NCBI GenBank assembly: GCA_019058295.1
Contig: JAHPZI010000030.1
Location: 141,164-205,163 of the forward strand
DNA length: 64,000 bases
Reading direction: 5' to 3'
From: Promethearchaeota archaeon
GTDB lineage: Archaea; Asgardarchaeota; Lokiarchaeia; Sigyniarchaeales; SOKP01
Shown here: piece after piece, positions 60,830 to 64,000 of the stretch
Layout: every line of letters starts with the position of its first letter
Numbering within the stretch: the first letter of the stretch is position 1
The notes under the pieces: model-generated
The model's input: only the letters and a program-made list of their open reading frames with translations
Told to the model about the DNA's origin: nothing
Database searches by the model: none
Translations under genes and position numbers: made by a program

Positions 60830-62239
60830 TCAAAGATCAAGTTGTCTCAACTTCTTAGCGTTTGATTCTATTTGTTCTGATGTAATATTATAAAATTTCC
60901 AGAAAATGAAGATCCCAATGAATACAATTAACAATGGAAATAGTGCTATTTGAATTCTTAATCCCATAAGTTCAGCTGGACTAGTTGATCCTGATTTATA
61001 GCCCGTAAATGTTCTTACAATCCAAAATACTATTGCTGAATAGGCAATTCCTACGCGTGAAAAAAATAAAAATGTTCCATTATATAACCCCTCCTGACGT
61101 TTTCCAGTGGATACTGCTGCCTTATCAATTATACTAGAAAATAATGGCATCGTCATGCTTATTATCGCTCCATCAGCAGCTCCCGCTATCATAAAGATAA
61201 TAATTGCCAATGGAAGCCCCCTCGGTCCAACTGGAATAAAAAGGAGGGGTATACCCATACAACTTAACATAACTGCCCCAATTAATGCAACCCGTTTTAT
61301 TCCAATCTTGAAAGATAGTTTATACCAGAGAGGTGCCGCGGCTATAACCGAAAATATATAAAACAATAAAATAATTTCACCTATTTTTGACATTTGCAAA
61401 ATATCTTCAACAAAAAAAGGCAATGAAGCCATAACCAGTCCCATAGAGGAAGTATAAGATACATAAAAAGCCATATAAGCAATAAAATTTTTATCCTTTA
61501 AGGTAGATTTCATCCCTGTGAAGAAAGGCACAGGTTCTTCTTCTCCTAGGCGAGCTCGACGTTCTCTTATTTCTGGTCCTTCACGTACACCGGGTATCAT
61601 TAACAAAAAAATACCAAAACTAAGTCCTGCAATTACAAACGCTTGGATCGTCCATCCAGTTTCTCCACCAAGCATCTCGATAATTAATACAGGTATTAAT
61701 ATACCAAGTAAAATCCCCGTCGTTTCAAGAACAGTTGTAATTGTACCAGCTATTCTTCGATCCTTACTATCGCGAAATTTATCGGGAAAAAGAGCTACTC
61801 TATTGATATCAAAGAGTGAAAACACAGCATCATAAAGGCATAAAAAAAATAATAACCAGAAAAACACTCCTAATTGTCCTATTTGGCTGATTGAAGGAAC
61901 CATAAAGAGAAAAATAACAACAAAGCACCAAGGGATCCCACCCATAATAATAAATGGAAATCGTTTACCCCAACGACTCGTAAAACGTTTTGATTTATCA
62001 CAGAGATAACCTAAGAGCGGATCATTGAACATATTAAATACCATATAGATGATCATAGCAATAAGATATAATGTGATATCCAAACCGACTACAGTTTGAT
62101 AGTAATAAGCTAATTGTTGAGTATACAATTGAGACATCATTAAAGCGATAAAATTTCCAAGCTGAAATGATGCAATTATTTTCTTTGGATATCTCTTTAT
62201 TATGAGATCATCATTTTCCTCTCGTAATGCCTCCGTCAT
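60830..62239 (-). CDS. MFS glycoside-pentoside-hexuronide (GPH) transporter
   Basis: NDPLLG, SRWGKRFPF, GKRQEGLY, about 12 TM helices. Confidence 0.92.
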   Translation of the reverse strand: MTEALREENDDLIIKRYPKKIIASFQLGNFIALMMSQLYTQQLAYYYQTVVGLDITLYLIAMIIYMVFNMFNDPLLGYLCDKSKRFTSRWGKRFPFIIMGGIPWCFVVIFLFMVPSISQIGQLGVFFWLLFFLCLYDAVFSLFDINRVALFPDKFRDSKDRRIAGTITTVLETTGILLGILIPVLIIEMLGGETGWTIQAFVIAGLSFGIFLLMIPGVREGPEIRERRARLGEEEPVPFFTGMKSTLKDKNFIAYMAFYVSYTSSMGLVMASLPFFVEDILQMSKIGEIILLFYIFSVIAAAPLWYKLSFKIGIKRVALIGAVMLSCMGIPLLFIPVGPRGLPLAIIIFMIAGAADGAIISMTMPLFSSIIDKAAVSTGKRQEGLYNGTFLFFSRVGIAYSAIVFWIVRTFTGYKSGSTSPAELMGLRIQIALFPLLIVFIGIFIFWKFYNITSEQIESNAKKLRQLDL

Positions 62240-62277
62240 AAATTTACTCTCTAAATTTGATTGCTACTAATTTTTTA

Positions 62278-63894
62278 TTATCTTTTTCTTAAAGGCATTC
62301 CAGACAACGATCCAGTAAAAACTCCTTTATTAAGTGCAATGACACCATTTACTAAAACATATTCAACTCCCTCGGAATATAGTCTCGGATTTTCGTAAGT
62401 AGCTTTATCGATTATTTTATCTGAGTCAAAAATGGTGATATCTGCCCAATAACCCTCTTTTAGCATGCCTCGGTCTTTTAACCCTAATTTTTGAGCAGGA
62501 TATGAGGTCATTCTTCTAATAGCATCGTGTAATGTAAGTAATTTCTCTTCTCGAACATATTTCCCTAATACTTGAGTAAAAGTACCATTGGTATATGGAT
62601 TTGGAAAAATTTTATCATCATCCTCAGGGATTACTCTCCCATCCGATGCATACATCGTGAGTGGGTGAGTAATTGTTATAATGTTATCTTCTTCTGTCAT
62701 TGAGAGGTAAGTTCCACCTGCGGAACCTCCAGAATCGATTAATGCGTTAATGACAACTTCTCTTGGGTCCATATTTTTATCTAATGATAGTTGATATACA
62801 TTTTTACCACTATATTCTGGAGCTTTAGGGGCGTTTATGTATACTTTTATCCAATCTGCGTTTTCCTTTATACCCAAAAAACTGTCTACTATCATCGATA
62901 TTTCTCTATGAATTCTATTTCTTAATTCCTCATCAGTTTTAGTCTTCTTTAACGTCTCAATGGCACGATTAGGGTCTAATTTATCTTTTGCAAGATATAC
63001 CCATGGTGGTACTAGCGCTAAAAGAAAAGTTGCATTAGATGCTTGAGGAAACACGTCAAATGTAACATCTAAACCATCTCTTCGTGCTCTTTCTACAAAA
63101 CTATAGGCTTTTCTTATGTCACCAATCCAGAATCCAAAGGGTTTAAAATGAGAAATTTGAACAGGTATTCCAGTTCCAGCGATTTTGATCGCTTCCTTAG
63201 TAGCTCTAGATAATCCACTTTGTAATCCTCGAAAATGTGTTGCATAAATTCCATTATATTGATGAACTACTTTGCATAATTCAATAATCTCATCAGTTTT
63301 ACAAAATGAGCCTGGAGGATAGTCCAAACCCGTTGACATTCCGAATGCCCCACGTTTCATTTCTTCTTCAATAATCTTTTTCATTTCTTGTAATTCTTCT
63401 GAAGTTGGTGCTCTTCTTTCTAAACCTAAGACCTTAACACGTACTACCGAATGACCTATTAATGGTGCAATATTAATGGGAATGCCCTTTAATTTCAAAT
63501 CGTCAAAATATTCATCTAAATTAATAAAAACATGTTCTATACTCCCAAGTCCAAGAAAATCTTTGAAGACTTCGAATTGTTCATCTTCAGTTATTGCTGG
63601 ATCCATGGGTGCCATAGAAAATCCACAGTTACCCACCACGTGAGTTGTAACTCCTTGAGTTAAAACATTTTCACCTCGAGAAAAGAAAATTGAAGCATCA
63701 GAATGAGTATGAATATCGATAAATCCAGGCGAAACTATAAGTCCCGAAGCATCGATTGCTGTTTCAGCATCATCTTTTCTAATCTTCGGAGCGATCTTCT
63801 TAATTTTCCCATTCTCAATTAATAAATCTGCCTTAAACCACGGATTTCCCGTGCCATCTATTACTTTACCATTCTGTATTACAATAGTTCCCAT
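62278..63894 (-). CDS. N-acyl-D-amino-acid deacylase (amidohydrolase)
   Basis: IDGTG, PGFIDIHTHSD, GNCGFS, STGLDYPP, ASDG, ADITIFD. Confidence 0.92.
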   Translation of the reverse strand: MGTIVIQNGKVIDGTGNPWFKADLLIENGKIKKIAPKIRKDDAETAIDASGLIVSPGFIDIHTHSDASIFFSRGENVLTQGVTTHVVGNCGFSMAPMDPAITEDEQFEVFKDFLGLGSIEHVFINLDEYFDDLKLKGIPINIAPLIGHSVVRVKVLGLERRAPTSEELQEMKKIIEEEMKRGAFGMSTGLDYPPGSFCKTDEIIELCKVVHQYNGIYATHFRGLQSGLSRATKEAIKIAGTGIPVQISHFKPFGFWIGDIRKAYSFVERARRDGLDVTFDVFPQASNATFLLALVPPWVYLAKDKLDPNRAIETLKKTKTDEELRNRIHREISMIVDSFLGIKENADWIKVYINAPKAPEYSGKNVYQLSLDKNMDPREVVINALIDSGGSAGGTYLSMTEEDNIITITHPLTMYASDGRVIPEDDDKIFPNPYTNGTFTQVLGKYVREEKLLTLHDAIRRMTSYPAQKLGLKDRGMLKEGYWADITIFDSDKIIDKATYENPRLYSEGVEYVLVNGVIALNKGVFTGSLSGMPLRKR

Positions 63895-64000
63895 ACTAAA
63901 TCTAATCCTCTTAAATGAATTAATTAATTAAAACAAGTATTAAATTTAGATTATATAAATTAAATATAAAAAATAAAGTCTACATATTATGAGATTCTCG

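Noticed and set aside
3508-61835. Short ORFs overlapping longer genes (e.g. 3508-3744, 4413-4679, 17998-18213, 26183-26548, 33764-34207, 50194-50544, 61518-61835)
   Set aside because: Antisense or alternate-frame shadows of well-supported genes, with no recognisable motifs
1-64000. tRNA, rRNA, IS elements or provirus
   Set aside because: No GC-rich structural RNA, transposase, integrase or virion genes recognised

Overview
AT-rich archaeal chromosomal segment, most likely from an Asgard archaeon (Lokiarchaeia/Promethearchaeia-like). This is inferred from the archaeal ether-lipid genes, PAN, archaeal uS2 and methanopterin genes occurring with HEAT-LRR, AN1-HEAT and LITAF-like proteins. The window is gene-dense and I recognise no rRNA, tRNA, CRISPR array, integrase or transposase. 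Housekeeping content: adk, dispersed aroD/aroK/aroE, tmk, LeuC/D-family aconitase pair, rps2, CooC, a polyprenol kinase-GGR-GGGPS-DGGGPS lipid cluster, LarE, PAN and an RFAP synthase-MptD-DUF447 cluster. Catabolic content: GH20, GH31, GH51, GH4, a GPH transporter, two Thr-nucleophile alkaline-phosphatase-superfamily enzymes, two Gfo/Idh/MocA oxidoreductases, an IolD-like ThDP enzyme and an orphan glycyl-radical activase. The most striking non-coding signal is two lone membrane-protein genes each bracketed by imperfect direct repeats of promoter-like DNA (103 bp at 8760/9610; 34 bp at 1975/2542), plus three stranded 5' gene stubs, suggesting promoter-duplicating single-gene insertion. Also notable: a free-standing GIY-YIG nuclease with tandem HTH repeats, an orphan DNA methyltransferase whose intact frame lacks a canonical start codon, and two small genes missed by the ORF track. 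All product calls come from motif recognition only; no database search was run.
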